Assembly: GCF_001457615.1 (NCBI RefSeq)
Contig: NZ_LN831024.1
Location: 2,430,001 to 2,462,000, forward strand
Direction of reading: 5' to 3'
Length of the DNA stretch: 32,000 nt
Source: Pseudomonas aeruginosa
GTDB lineage: Bacteria > Pseudomonadota > Gammaproteobacteria > Pseudomonadales > Pseudomonadaceae
Each line of letters opens with the position of its first letter. Within the stretch, counting starts at the first letter, position 1. Positions 25,374 through 32,000 of this stretch are shown one piece after another. The position numbers and the translations under genes were made by a program. Below the pieces are notes generated by a model that ran no database searches, had not been told where the DNA came from, and worked only from the letters and a program-made list of their open reading frames with translations.

Positions 25374-26714
25374 TCAGGCGGCCGCCGGCAGCCAGAGGTG
25401 CAGGCACAATCCGGGCTTGCCGTTGCTGGCCCAGAGCCGGCCGCCCTGTAGCTCGATGGCGCGCCGGGCGATCGCCAGGCCGAGGCCAAAACCTTCGCCG
25501 GCGCTATCGTCCAGGCGCTGGTAGGGGAGGAAGATGCGTTCCAACTGGTCTTCCGCCACGCCAGGGCCCTGGTCCTGCAGGCGCAGGTGCCAGAAGTCGC
25601 CCTCGCGCTCGCCGTCGAGGCTGACCGTGCCGTCCTCGGGCGAGTGACGGATGGCGTTGCGCAGGAGGTTTTCCATGGCCTGGGCCAGGCTGTCCAGGTG
25701 TACCTCGACGCGACAGTCGACGCCCAAGCGGCAGGGTAGCCGCGCCGGGTCCCAGCCGCTTTCGAAACAGGCGTCCTCGCGCAGCGCTTCCCACACCGAC
25801 AGCGCCAGCACCGGCTCGGTGGGCAGTTGCGGGCGCTCGGTGTCCATCCAGGCGAGGTCGAGGGTGTCTTCCAGCAGTCGTTGCATGTCGCCGATTTCGC
25901 GATCCAGGCGCTGGCGCAACTGTTCCGGCGGTAGCTCACTGTCGTGGGCGATGCGCAGGCGCGCCAGCGGCGTGCGCAGTTCGTGGGACAGGGTGCGCAG
26001 CAGCAGGCGCTGCTGGGCGAGACTCAGGCGCAGGCGCTCGGCCATGTGCTCCAGGGCCTGGGCCAGCTCGCCCAGTTCGTCGCGGCGGGCCGCCAGCGGT
26101 GCGGCGAGGGGAGTGCTTTCCAGTTCGTCGGCGCGCAGGGCGTCGGCGCGATCGCGCAAGCGGTTCAGCGGCACCACCAGGTGGCGATAGAGCAGCAGGC
26201 CGAGCAGGGCGGCCAGCAGGGTCGGGACTATGCCGTGGGTGACCAGGTGGGTCCAGGGGGTCAGCCCGCCGGGCAGCAGGCGCTCCGGTAACTGGATTAC
26301 CAGCCGGCCCTGCTCGGGATGTCCGGGGAACTCGATGCTGACGTACGGCAGTTCGTCCTGCAGGCGCCGGCTCATCGGCCAGTCGAGCTTGCGCATGAAG
26401 GTCAGGTGGCTCGACTCCTCGGTGCTTAGCGGCGTGCTGCCGAGGCTTTCCAGGTGCGGTCCGACCAGCGCCACCCAGGTATCTTCCTTCGCCGACAGTT
26501 CCTTGCGGAAGCGTTCGGCGCCCGCGGCACCCTCGCTGTGCCAGGCATCCTCCGCCTGCCGCGCGTAGTCCGCCAGGTAGCTGCGGTCGGCCGGGGCGAG
26601 GAAGTAGGTGCTGCGCTCCACCGACAGGCCCCAGGTGTAGATCAGCCAGGTCAGCAGCAGGCAGAAGCCGACCTGCAGCAGCGCCAGTTTCCATAACAGC
26701 GGGTGCCTGCGCAT
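25374..26714 (-). CDS. pfeS: Sensor histidine kinase of the enterobactin-responsive two-component system, 446 aa
   Basis: ORF 25374..26714. It has two TM helices flanking a periplasmic domain, the H-box LSHELRTPLARL, and N/G boxes (LLRNAIRHSP, DQGPGV, GFGLGLAI). Its ATG shares one base with the pfeR stop (TGATG). Confidence 0.93.
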   Translation of the reverse strand: MRRHPLLWKLALLQVGFCLLLTWLIYTWGLSVERSTYFLAPADRSYLADYARQAEDAWHSEGAAGAERFRKELSAKEDTWVALVGPHLESLGSTPLSTEESSHLTFMRKLDWPMSRRLQDELPYVSIEFPGHPEQGRLVIQLPERLLPGGLTPWTHLVTHGIVPTLLAALLGLLLYRHLVVPLNRLRDRADALRADELESTPLAAPLAARRDELGELAQALEHMAERLRLSLAQQRLLLRTLSHELRTPLARLRIAHDSELPPEQLRQRLDREIGDMQRLLEDTLDLAWMDTERPQLPTEPVLALSVWEALREDACFESGWDPARLPCRLGVDCRVEVHLDSLAQAMENLLRNAIRHSPEDGTVSLDGEREGDFWHLRLQDQGPGVAEDQLERIFLPYQRLDDSAGEGFGLGLAIARRAIELQGGRLWASNGKPGLCLHLWLPAAA

Positions 26715-27631
26715 CAGGGGTGTTCCGTCTCCACCAGTAGGTAGCCCTGGCCGCGTACCGCCTGGATCTGCAGGTGACGGACGGCGACCGCGGCGAGTTT
26801 GCGCCGCAGGTTGCAGACGTGCACGTCGAGACCGCGGTCGAGGCGCGTGTAGCTGCGGTGCAGCACGCTCCGGTAGAGGAACGGCTTGCTCAGCGCCTCG
26901 CCAGCGTGTTCGCGGAGCGTCGCCAGGAGGCGGTACTCGGATGGCGTCAGCCCCGCCGGAAGGCCCTGGTGGAGCACATCCTGGGCCTGGTCGTCGAACA
27001 CCAGCCGGGTATCCCGCCGCTGCGCCGACGGCAGGCGGTCCAGTCGTACGCGGCGCAGCAGGGCGTCGGTGCGGGCATCCAGCTCGGCCAGGCTGAACGG
27101 CTTCGGCAGGTAGTCGTCGGCGCCGCGGGTGAAGCCGCTGATGCGATCCTGTTCGGCGCCCAGGGCCGACATCAGCATCACCGGCGTGGCCTGCTCGCGG
27201 CGCAGCGACTCCAGCAGGGCCAGGCCGTCGAGGCCGGGTAGCATGATGTCCAGCAACACCAGGTCGAACGCTTCGCGCCCGGCGGCTTCCAGTCCGTGCG
27301 AGCCATCGCCGCAGACGGTTACGCGGAAGCCGCGCCGGCGGAAATGCGCGTCGAGATCCTCGCGTAGGCGTGGGTCGTCTTCGACCAGCAGCAGGCGGGG
27401 AGATGGGATTGAAATATGAGAATGATTCACGTTCGTGAATATCTCATTTTTGCCGGGTATCGGGCAATGGGCCAATGCGCCGCAGCGTGCTCGGAGCGGA
27501 AATACTTTTCGACAAAGCCGTCGTTGCTTCGGCTTTGGTTCTGGCTTAGGGTCGGCGGGTCCGCAGGAGGCGGGCAGGAGTGTCGTGGCTATTGGCCAGC
27601 CTTTCGCGACGGCACTGGGTTGTACGATCAT
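26714..27631 (-). CDS. pfeR: OmpR-family response regulator (start uncertain: 305 aa from ATG 27631, or 238 aa from GTG 27430)
   Basis: ORF 26714..27631. The receiver domain starts at RLLLVEDDPRLREDL...DLVLLDIMLPGLDG, and there is a winged-helix output domain (...GLDVHVCNLRRKL...VRGQGYLL). The first ~77 codons of the long ORF have no response-regulator similarity. Confidence 0.9.
   Translation of the reverse strand: MIVQPSAVAKGWPIATTLLPASCGPADPKPEPKPKQRRLCRKVFPLRARCGALAHCPIPGKNEIFTNVNHSHISIPSPRLLLVEDDPRLREDLDAHFRRRGFRVTVCGDGSHGLEAAGREAFDLVLLDIMLPGLDGLALLESLRREQATPVMLMSALGAEQDRISGFTRGADDYLPKPFSLAELDARTDALLRRVRLDRLPSAQRRDTRLVFDDQAQDVLHQGLPAGLTPSEYRLLATLREHAGEALSKPFLYRSVLHRSYTRLDRGLDVHVCNLRRKLAAVAVRHLQIQAVRGQGYLLVETEHP
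27411..27452. promoter_or_regulatory. AT-rich imperfect palindrome (core ATTCAC-GTTC-GTGAAT), candidate Fur/PfeR operator of pfeRS
   Basis: GAAATATGAGAATGATTCAC GTTC GTGAATATCTCATTTTTG. The arms align with two gaps, and the best Fur-consensus match I found by hand is only 10-11/19. It is the only AT-rich element between pfeR and vgrG. Confidence 0.35.
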
Positions 27632-27695
27632 CTGGCGCGCTGCTGGCGCGTTGTTCGGGCCGCCCGCCGCAGGTGACTATCAAGGAAGATTCCCC

Positions 27696-29765
27696 ATGCT
27701 GTTCTCCCAACACACCCGCCTGGTACACGTGGACTCCCCGCTGGGACCCGAGGTCCTGCAACTGCAACGGCTGGAGGGTCGCGAAGAGCTGGGCCGGCTG
27801 TTCAGCCACGAGCTCGAACTGGTCTCGAGCAATCCCGCCTTGCCTCTGGATGCCCTATTGGGCAAGCCGATGAGCCTCGCGCTGGAACTCCCCGGCGGCA
27901 GCCGGCGGTATTTCCACGGCATCGTCGCGCGCTGTAGCCAGGGCGCCGGCGCCGGCCAGTTCGCCAGCTACCAGGTCACCCTGCGGCCCTGGCTGTGGCT
28001 GCTGACGCGCACCTCCGACTGCCGCATCTTCCAGAACCAGAAGGTCCCGGACATCATCAAGCAGGTGTTCCGCGACCTTGGCTTCTCCGACTTCGAGGAC
28101 GCCCTGAGCCGCTCCTACCGCGAGTGGGAATACTGTGTGCAATACCGCGAGACCAGCTTCGATTTCGTCAGCCGGCTGATGGAGCAGGAAGGCATCTACT
28201 ACTGGTTCCGCCACGAAAAGAAGCGCCACATCCTGGTGCTCTCCGATGCCTACGGCGCGCACCACAGCCCGGCCGGCTACACCAGCGTGCCCTATTACCC
28301 GCCGAGCCTCGGCCATCGCGAGCGCGACCACTTCTTCGACTGGCACATGGCGCGCGAGGTCCAGCCCGGCTCGCTGAGCCTCAACGACTACGACTTCCAG
28401 CGTCCCGGCACCCGCCTGGAAGTGCGCTCCAATGTCGGGCGCGCCCATGCCGCGGCCGACTACCCGCTCTACGACTACCCTGGCGAGTATGTGCAGAGTC
28501 AGGACGGCGAACACTATGCACGGACCCGCATCGAGGCGATCCAGACCCAGTACGAGCGAGTTCGCCTGCGGGGATGCGCCAGGGGTATCGGGGCGGGCCA
28601 TCTGTTCCACCTGAGCAACTACCCGCGCCTGGACCAGAACCGCGAATACCTGGTGGTTGGCGCCGAGTACCGGGTAGTCCAGGAACTCTACGAGACCGGT
28701 AATGGCGGGGGCGGCGCGCAGTTCGAGAGCGAGCTGGACTGTATCGACGCCGGCCAGGCTTTCCGCCCCTTGCCGTCGACCCCGGTGCCGGTGGTGCGCG
28801 GCCCGCAGACCGCGGTGGTGGTCGGGCCCAAGGGCGAGGAGATCTGGACCGACCAGTATGGCCGGGTCAAGGTGCATTTCCACTGGGACCGCCACGACCA
28901 GTCCAACGAGAACAGCTCCTGCTGGATGCGCGTCTCGCAGGCCTGGGCCGGGAAGAACTGGGGCTCGATCCAGATCCCGCGGATCGGCCAGGAAGTGATC
29001 GTCAGCTTCCTCGAAGGCGACCCGGACCGGCCGATCATCACCGGGCGGGTCTACAACGCCGAGCAGACGGTGCCCTACGAGCTGCCGGCGAACGCTACCC
29101 AGAGCGGCACCAAGAGCCGTTCGAGCAAGGGCGGCACGCCGGCCAACTTCAACGAGATCCGCATGGAGGACAAGAAGGGCGCCGAGCAGTTGTTCATCCA
29201 TGCCGAGAGGAACCAGGACATCGAGGTCGAGAACGACGAGACCCACTGGGTCGGCCACGACCGGACCAAGACCATCGACCACGACGAGACGGTGCATGTG
29301 AAGCACGATCGCACCGAGACCGTGGACAACAACGAGACCATCACCGTGCATGCCAACCGCAGCAAGACGGTCGACCGCAACGAGACGGTCAGGATCGGCA
29401 TGAACAAGACGGAAACCATCCTCATGGCCTCGTTGCAGAACGTCGGCATGGGGCGCATGGAAAACGTCGGGCTCGGCTACAGCCTGAACGTCGGCATGAT
29501 GATGAACACCGTGGTCGGGCTGAACCAGAGCACCCAGGTGATGAAGAAGAAGACCTTGTCGGTGGGCGATAGCTACGAAGTGAGCGTGGGCGGCAGCGAC
29601 GATGGCTCGAAGATCACCCTGGACGGCCAGAGCATCACCCTCGGCAGCCAGCGCATCGAGCTGACCGCCGACCGCGAGATCCTCTTGCGCTGCGGCCAGA
29701 GCACGATCCGCCTGACGCCGGGGGAGATCGAGATCCTCTCGCCCAATGTCGATATCAACTGTTGA
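27696..29765 (+). CDS. vgrG1c: Type VI secretion spike protein VgrG, 689 aa
   Basis: Within ORF 27435..29765. ATG 27696 lies behind AAGGAAG. It has a gp27-like N-terminal domain (MLFSQHTRLVHVDSPLG...EELGRLF...YFHGIV), a gp5 OB-fold (GPQTAVVVGPKGEEIWTDQYGRVKVHFHWDR), and beta-helix repeats (ETVHVKHDRTETVDNNETITVHANRSKTVDRNETVRIG). Confidence 0.95.
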   Translation: MLFSQHTRLVHVDSPLGPEVLQLQRLEGREELGRLFSHELELVSSNPALPLDALLGKPMSLALELPGGSRRYFHGIVARCSQGAGAGQFASYQVTLRPWLWLLTRTSDCRIFQNQKVPDIIKQVFRDLGFSDFEDALSRSYREWEYCVQYRETSFDFVSRLMEQEGIYYWFRHEKKRHILVLSDAYGAHHSPAGYTSVPYYPPSLGHRERDHFFDWHMAREVQPGSLSLNDYDFQRPGTRLEVRSNVGRAHAAADYPLYDYPGEYVQSQDGEHYARTRIEAIQTQYERVRLRGCARGIGAGHLFHLSNYPRLDQNREYLVVGAEYRVVQELYETGNGGGGAQFESELDCIDAGQAFRPLPSTPVPVVRGPQTAVVVGPKGEEIWTDQYGRVKVHFHWDRHDQSNENSSCWMRVSQAWAGKNWGSIQIPRIGQEVIVSFLEGDPDRPIITGRVYNAEQTVPYELPANATQSGTKSRSSKGGTPANFNEIRMEDKKGAEQLFIHAERNQDIEVENDETHWVGHDRTKTIDHDETVHVKHDRTETVDNNETITVHANRSKTVDRNETVRIGMNKTETILMASLQNVGMGRMENVGLGYSLNVGMMMNTVVGLNQSTQVMKKKTLSVGDSYEVSVGGSDDGSKITLDGQSITLGSQRIELTADREILLRCGQSTIRLTPGEIEILSPNVDINC

Positions 29766-29814
29766 GCGGCGGGCGGATGTCCTGTCGCGGCTTTTCCCAA
29801 GGAAGGATGGATAG

Positions 29815-32000
29815 ATGAGCGGCCTACCGGTTTCCCATGTCGGCGAGAAAGTCTCGGGAGGGGTTATCTCCACCGGCTCGCCCACCGTGCACGTCGGCAG
29901 CAGCGCGGTCGGCCTGGCCGACCGGGTGTCCGCCTGCGTGCCGTTGGTGGGCAAGCCGGTCAACCCGATGCTCGGCAGCAAGCTGCTGCCGGAAGAGGTC
30001 GATTTCGCCCTGGCGGCGCCGGACACCTTCACCTTCGCCCGTGGCTACCTGTCGAGCAACCCCCGTATCGGCCGGCTCGGCCGGGGCTGGTGGCTGCCGG
30101 GCGAGAGCATGCACCTGGAACTGAGCGAAGACGCCTGCGTGCTGGTCGACGCCCAGGGCCGCCGGATCGGCTTTCCTGCGCTGGCTCCCGGTGCCCAGCA
30201 TTATTCCGGCAGCGAGGAGCTGTGGCTGCGCCGTGGCGGTTCGAGCGGCGGCGAAGCGCAGGCCTGGCGCGGGCGCTGGGCGGCGGTGCCGGCCGAACTG
30301 CAGACGCAGGAGGGCTCCGTGCTGGTGCTGTCCGGCCACAGCTACCTGCATTTCCAGCGTTGCCCCGACGGTATCTGGCGCCTGCAGGCCAGCTTCGGCC
30401 GCGCCGGCTACCGCACCGAGTTCCGCTGGAGCGGACGTGGCCTGCTCACCGGCGTGCGCGACAGCGCCGGGCGCAGCTATGCGCTGGTCTACCAGCAAGC
30501 CTGCGAGCCGAGCGAGGGCGACGACGGCCTGCGTCTGTTCGGCGTGATCCTGGCCAGCCACGACGGACCGCCTCCGGACTACATCGATCCGCAGAGCCCG
30601 GGGCTCGACTGGCTGGTGCGCTACCAGTTCAGCGACAGCGGCGATCTGATCGCCGTGCGCGACCGTCTTGGCCAGGTGGTCCGGGTATTCGCCTGGCGCG
30701 AGCACATGCTGGTCGCCCACGGCGAACCGGGCGGGCTGGAGGTTCGCTACGAGTGGGATGTCCATGCTCCGCACGGGCGGGTCGTGAAGCAGATCGAGGC
30801 GGGCGGCCTGACCCGTACCTTCCGCTACCTGCGCGATGCCACCGAGGTCAGCGACAGCCTCGGCCGCGTCGAACGCTACGAGTTCGCCGGCGAGGGCGGG
30901 CAGCGGCGCTGGACCGCGCTGGTCAGGGCCGACGGCAGCCGTAGCGAGTTCGACTACGACCTGTTCGGCCGCCTGGTCGCCATGCGCGATCCGCTGGGAC
31001 GGGAGACGCGGCGCCGGCGCGATGGCCAGGGGCGGATGCTCGAGGAGGAGTCGCCGGGCAAGGCGCGCTATCGCAAGCGCGTCGACGAAGAGACCGGGCT
31101 GCTGGTCGAGCTGGAGGACGCGATGCAGCGCCGCTGGACCTTCGAGCGCGACGAACGGGGCAATGCGACGACGGTGCGCGGCCCGGCCGGCAGCACCCGC
31201 TACGCCTACGAAGACCCGCGCCTGCCCGACCGGCCGACGCGAATCGTCGACCCGCGCGGCGGCGAGCGGCGCCTGGAGTGGAACCGCTTCGGCCTGTTGG
31301 CCGCGTTGACCGATTGTTCCGGCCAGGTCTGGCGTTACGACTACGACAACGAAGGACGTTTGGTCGCCAGCAGCGACCCGCTGGGACAACTGACCCGGCG
31401 CCGCTACGACCCGCTGGGGCAACTGATCGGCCTGGAATTGGCCGACGGCAGCGCCCTGAGCTATGAATACGACGCCCTTGGGCGGCAGACCCGTATCGCC
31501 GATGCCGAGGGGCACGCCACGCTGTTTTCCTGGGGGCACGGCGATCTGCTGGTGCGGGTTTCCGACGCCGGCGGCGGCGAATTGTCCTACCTGCACGACG
31601 AAGCCGGCAGGCTGGTCGCCCTGACCAACGAGAACGGCGTCCAGGCGCAGTTCCGCTACGACCTGCTGGACCGTCTGGTGGAAGAGACCGGCTTCGACGG
31701 TCGTCGCCAACGCTATCGCTACAACGCCGCTGACGAACTGATCGCCCGCGAGGATGCCGACGGTCGCGAGACCACCTATGCCTACGACCGCGACGGCCGC
31801 CTGGCGAGCATCCGGGTTCCCGCCACCGAGCACGCACCGGCCCTGGTCGAGCGTTACCGCTGGTTGGCCGACGGCCGCCTGGCCAGCGCCGGCGGGGCGG
31901 ATTGCGAGGTGCGCTATACGTACGACGAGGTCGGTAACCTGCGCCTGGAAAGCCAGGTACATGCCGACGGTTGGGTCTACAGCGTCGAGCACAGCCACGA
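29815..32000 (+). CDS. tse5: PAAR-like/Rhs (YD-repeat) polymorphic toxin, N-terminal ~728 codons (continues past the window end)
   Basis: ATG 29815 lies behind GGAAGGATGG, and the frame is open to 32000 (not in the ORF track because it runs off the edge). My translation begins MSGLPVSHVGEKVSGGVISTGSPTVHVGSSAVGLADRVSAC (PAAR-like). It is followed by many YD repeats (YEYDALGRQTRIADAEGHATLFSW, YRYNAADELIAREDADGRETTYAYDRDGRL...). The symbol is from memory of the PAO1 locus (also called rhsP1). Confidence 0.9.
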   Translation, partial: MSGLPVSHVGEKVSGGVISTGSPTVHVGSSAVGLADRVSACVPLVGKPVNPMLGSKLLPEEVDFALAAPDTFTFARGYLSSNPRIGRLGRGWWLPGESMHLELSEDACVLVDAQGRRIGFPALAPGAQHYSGSEELWLRRGGSSGGEAQAWRGRWAAVPAELQTQEGSVLVLSGHSYLHFQRCPDGIWRLQASFGRAGYRTEFRWSGRGLLTGVRDSAGRSYALVYQQACEPSEGDDGLRLFGVILASHDGPPPDYIDPQSPGLDWLVRYQFSDSGDLIAVRDRLGQVVRVFAWREHMLVAHGEPGGLEVRYEWDVHAPHGRVVKQIEAGGLTRTFRYLRDATEVSDSLGRVERYEFAGEGGQRRWTALVRADGSRSEFDYDLFGRLVAMRDPLGRETRRRRDGQGRMLEEESPGKARYRKRVDEETGLLVELEDAMQRRWTFERDERGNATTVRGPAGSTRYAYEDPRLPDRPTRIVDPRGGERRLEWNRFGLLAALTDCSGQVWRYDYDNEGRLVASSDPLGQLTRRRYDPLGQLIGLELADGSALSYEYDALGRQTRIADAEGHATLFSWGHGDLLVRVSDAGGGELSYLHDEAGRLVALTNENGVQAQFRYDLLDRLVEETGFDGRRQRYRYNAADELIAREDADGRETTYAYDRDGRLASIRVPATEHAPALVERYRWLADGRLASAGGADCEVRYTYDEVGNLRLESQVHADGWVYSVEHSH

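Noticed and set aside
29230-29400. Apparent periodic DNA repeats (GACCGNACC.../ACGAGAC...) considered as a tandem repeat array
   Set aside because: They lie inside vgrG and simply encode the beta-helical repeat units of the gp5-like spike (ETxxVxxDRTxTV). They are not an independent repeat element.
27855-30032. 725-aa minus-strand ORF antisense to vgrG
   Set aside because: Same reasoning. The plus strand has an unmistakable VgrG, and the antisense frame is low-complexity and spans the vgrG-rhs intergenic gap.
29824-31998. 724-aa ORF on the minus strand antisense to the Rhs gene
   Set aside because: Its composition is extreme (A/G/R/P/V/Q-rich) with no recognisable motifs. The opposite strand encodes clear YD repeats. 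Long antisense open frames are expected by chance at this GC content.

Overview
High-GC (~65%) gamma-proteobacterial chromosome. Gene content and order match Pseudomonas aeruginosa, roughly PAO1 PA2712 down to PA2684. That locus assignment is from memory, not from a search. About 27 protein genes can be supported. I found no rRNA, tRNA, CRISPR array, transposase or integrase. Two parts look like interbacterial-weapon cargo. (1) A tightly coupled two-gene toxin/immunity cassette on the minus strand: a 158-aa toxin at 9523-9999 and a 77-aa acidic immunity protein at 9280-9513. I recognise these as Tse2/Tsi2, an H1 type VI secretion substrate pair. (2) A vgrG spike gene (27696-29765) followed 49 bp later by a PAAR-like/YD-repeat Rhs toxin gene (29815 to the window end, truncated), which I recognise as VgrG1c/Tse5-RhsP1. 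No T6SS structural genes are in the window, so both are orphan cargo loci. As far as I can tell both are already described in the literature, so I do not claim them as novel. Next to vgrG, and divergent from it, is the iron-regulated ferric-enterobactin piracy cluster pfeR-pfeS-pfeA-pfeE. The rest is accessory metabolism and housekeeping. This includes cysK, a polyamine-binding protein, a DUF748 gene followed by a MoxR ATPase / GFA / VWA module, and a Tat-amidohydrolase / OprD-family porin / MFS operon. It also includes a YcaC-like hydrolase with XapX and an AraC regulator, a DUF1615 lipoprotein, a thioredoxin, a thioesterase, and an Rrf2 regulator divergent from an NDH-2-like flavoprotein with a perfect 12-bp palindromic operator between them. 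Less-explained items: a decayed gene remnant beside tsi2, a Cys/His-rich tail on the amidohydrolase, an ABM-like domain fused to the MFS transporter, and an AT-rich palindrome inside the long pfeR ORF that questions its start codon. All family assignments rest on reading the translations and motifs. No database search was possible.
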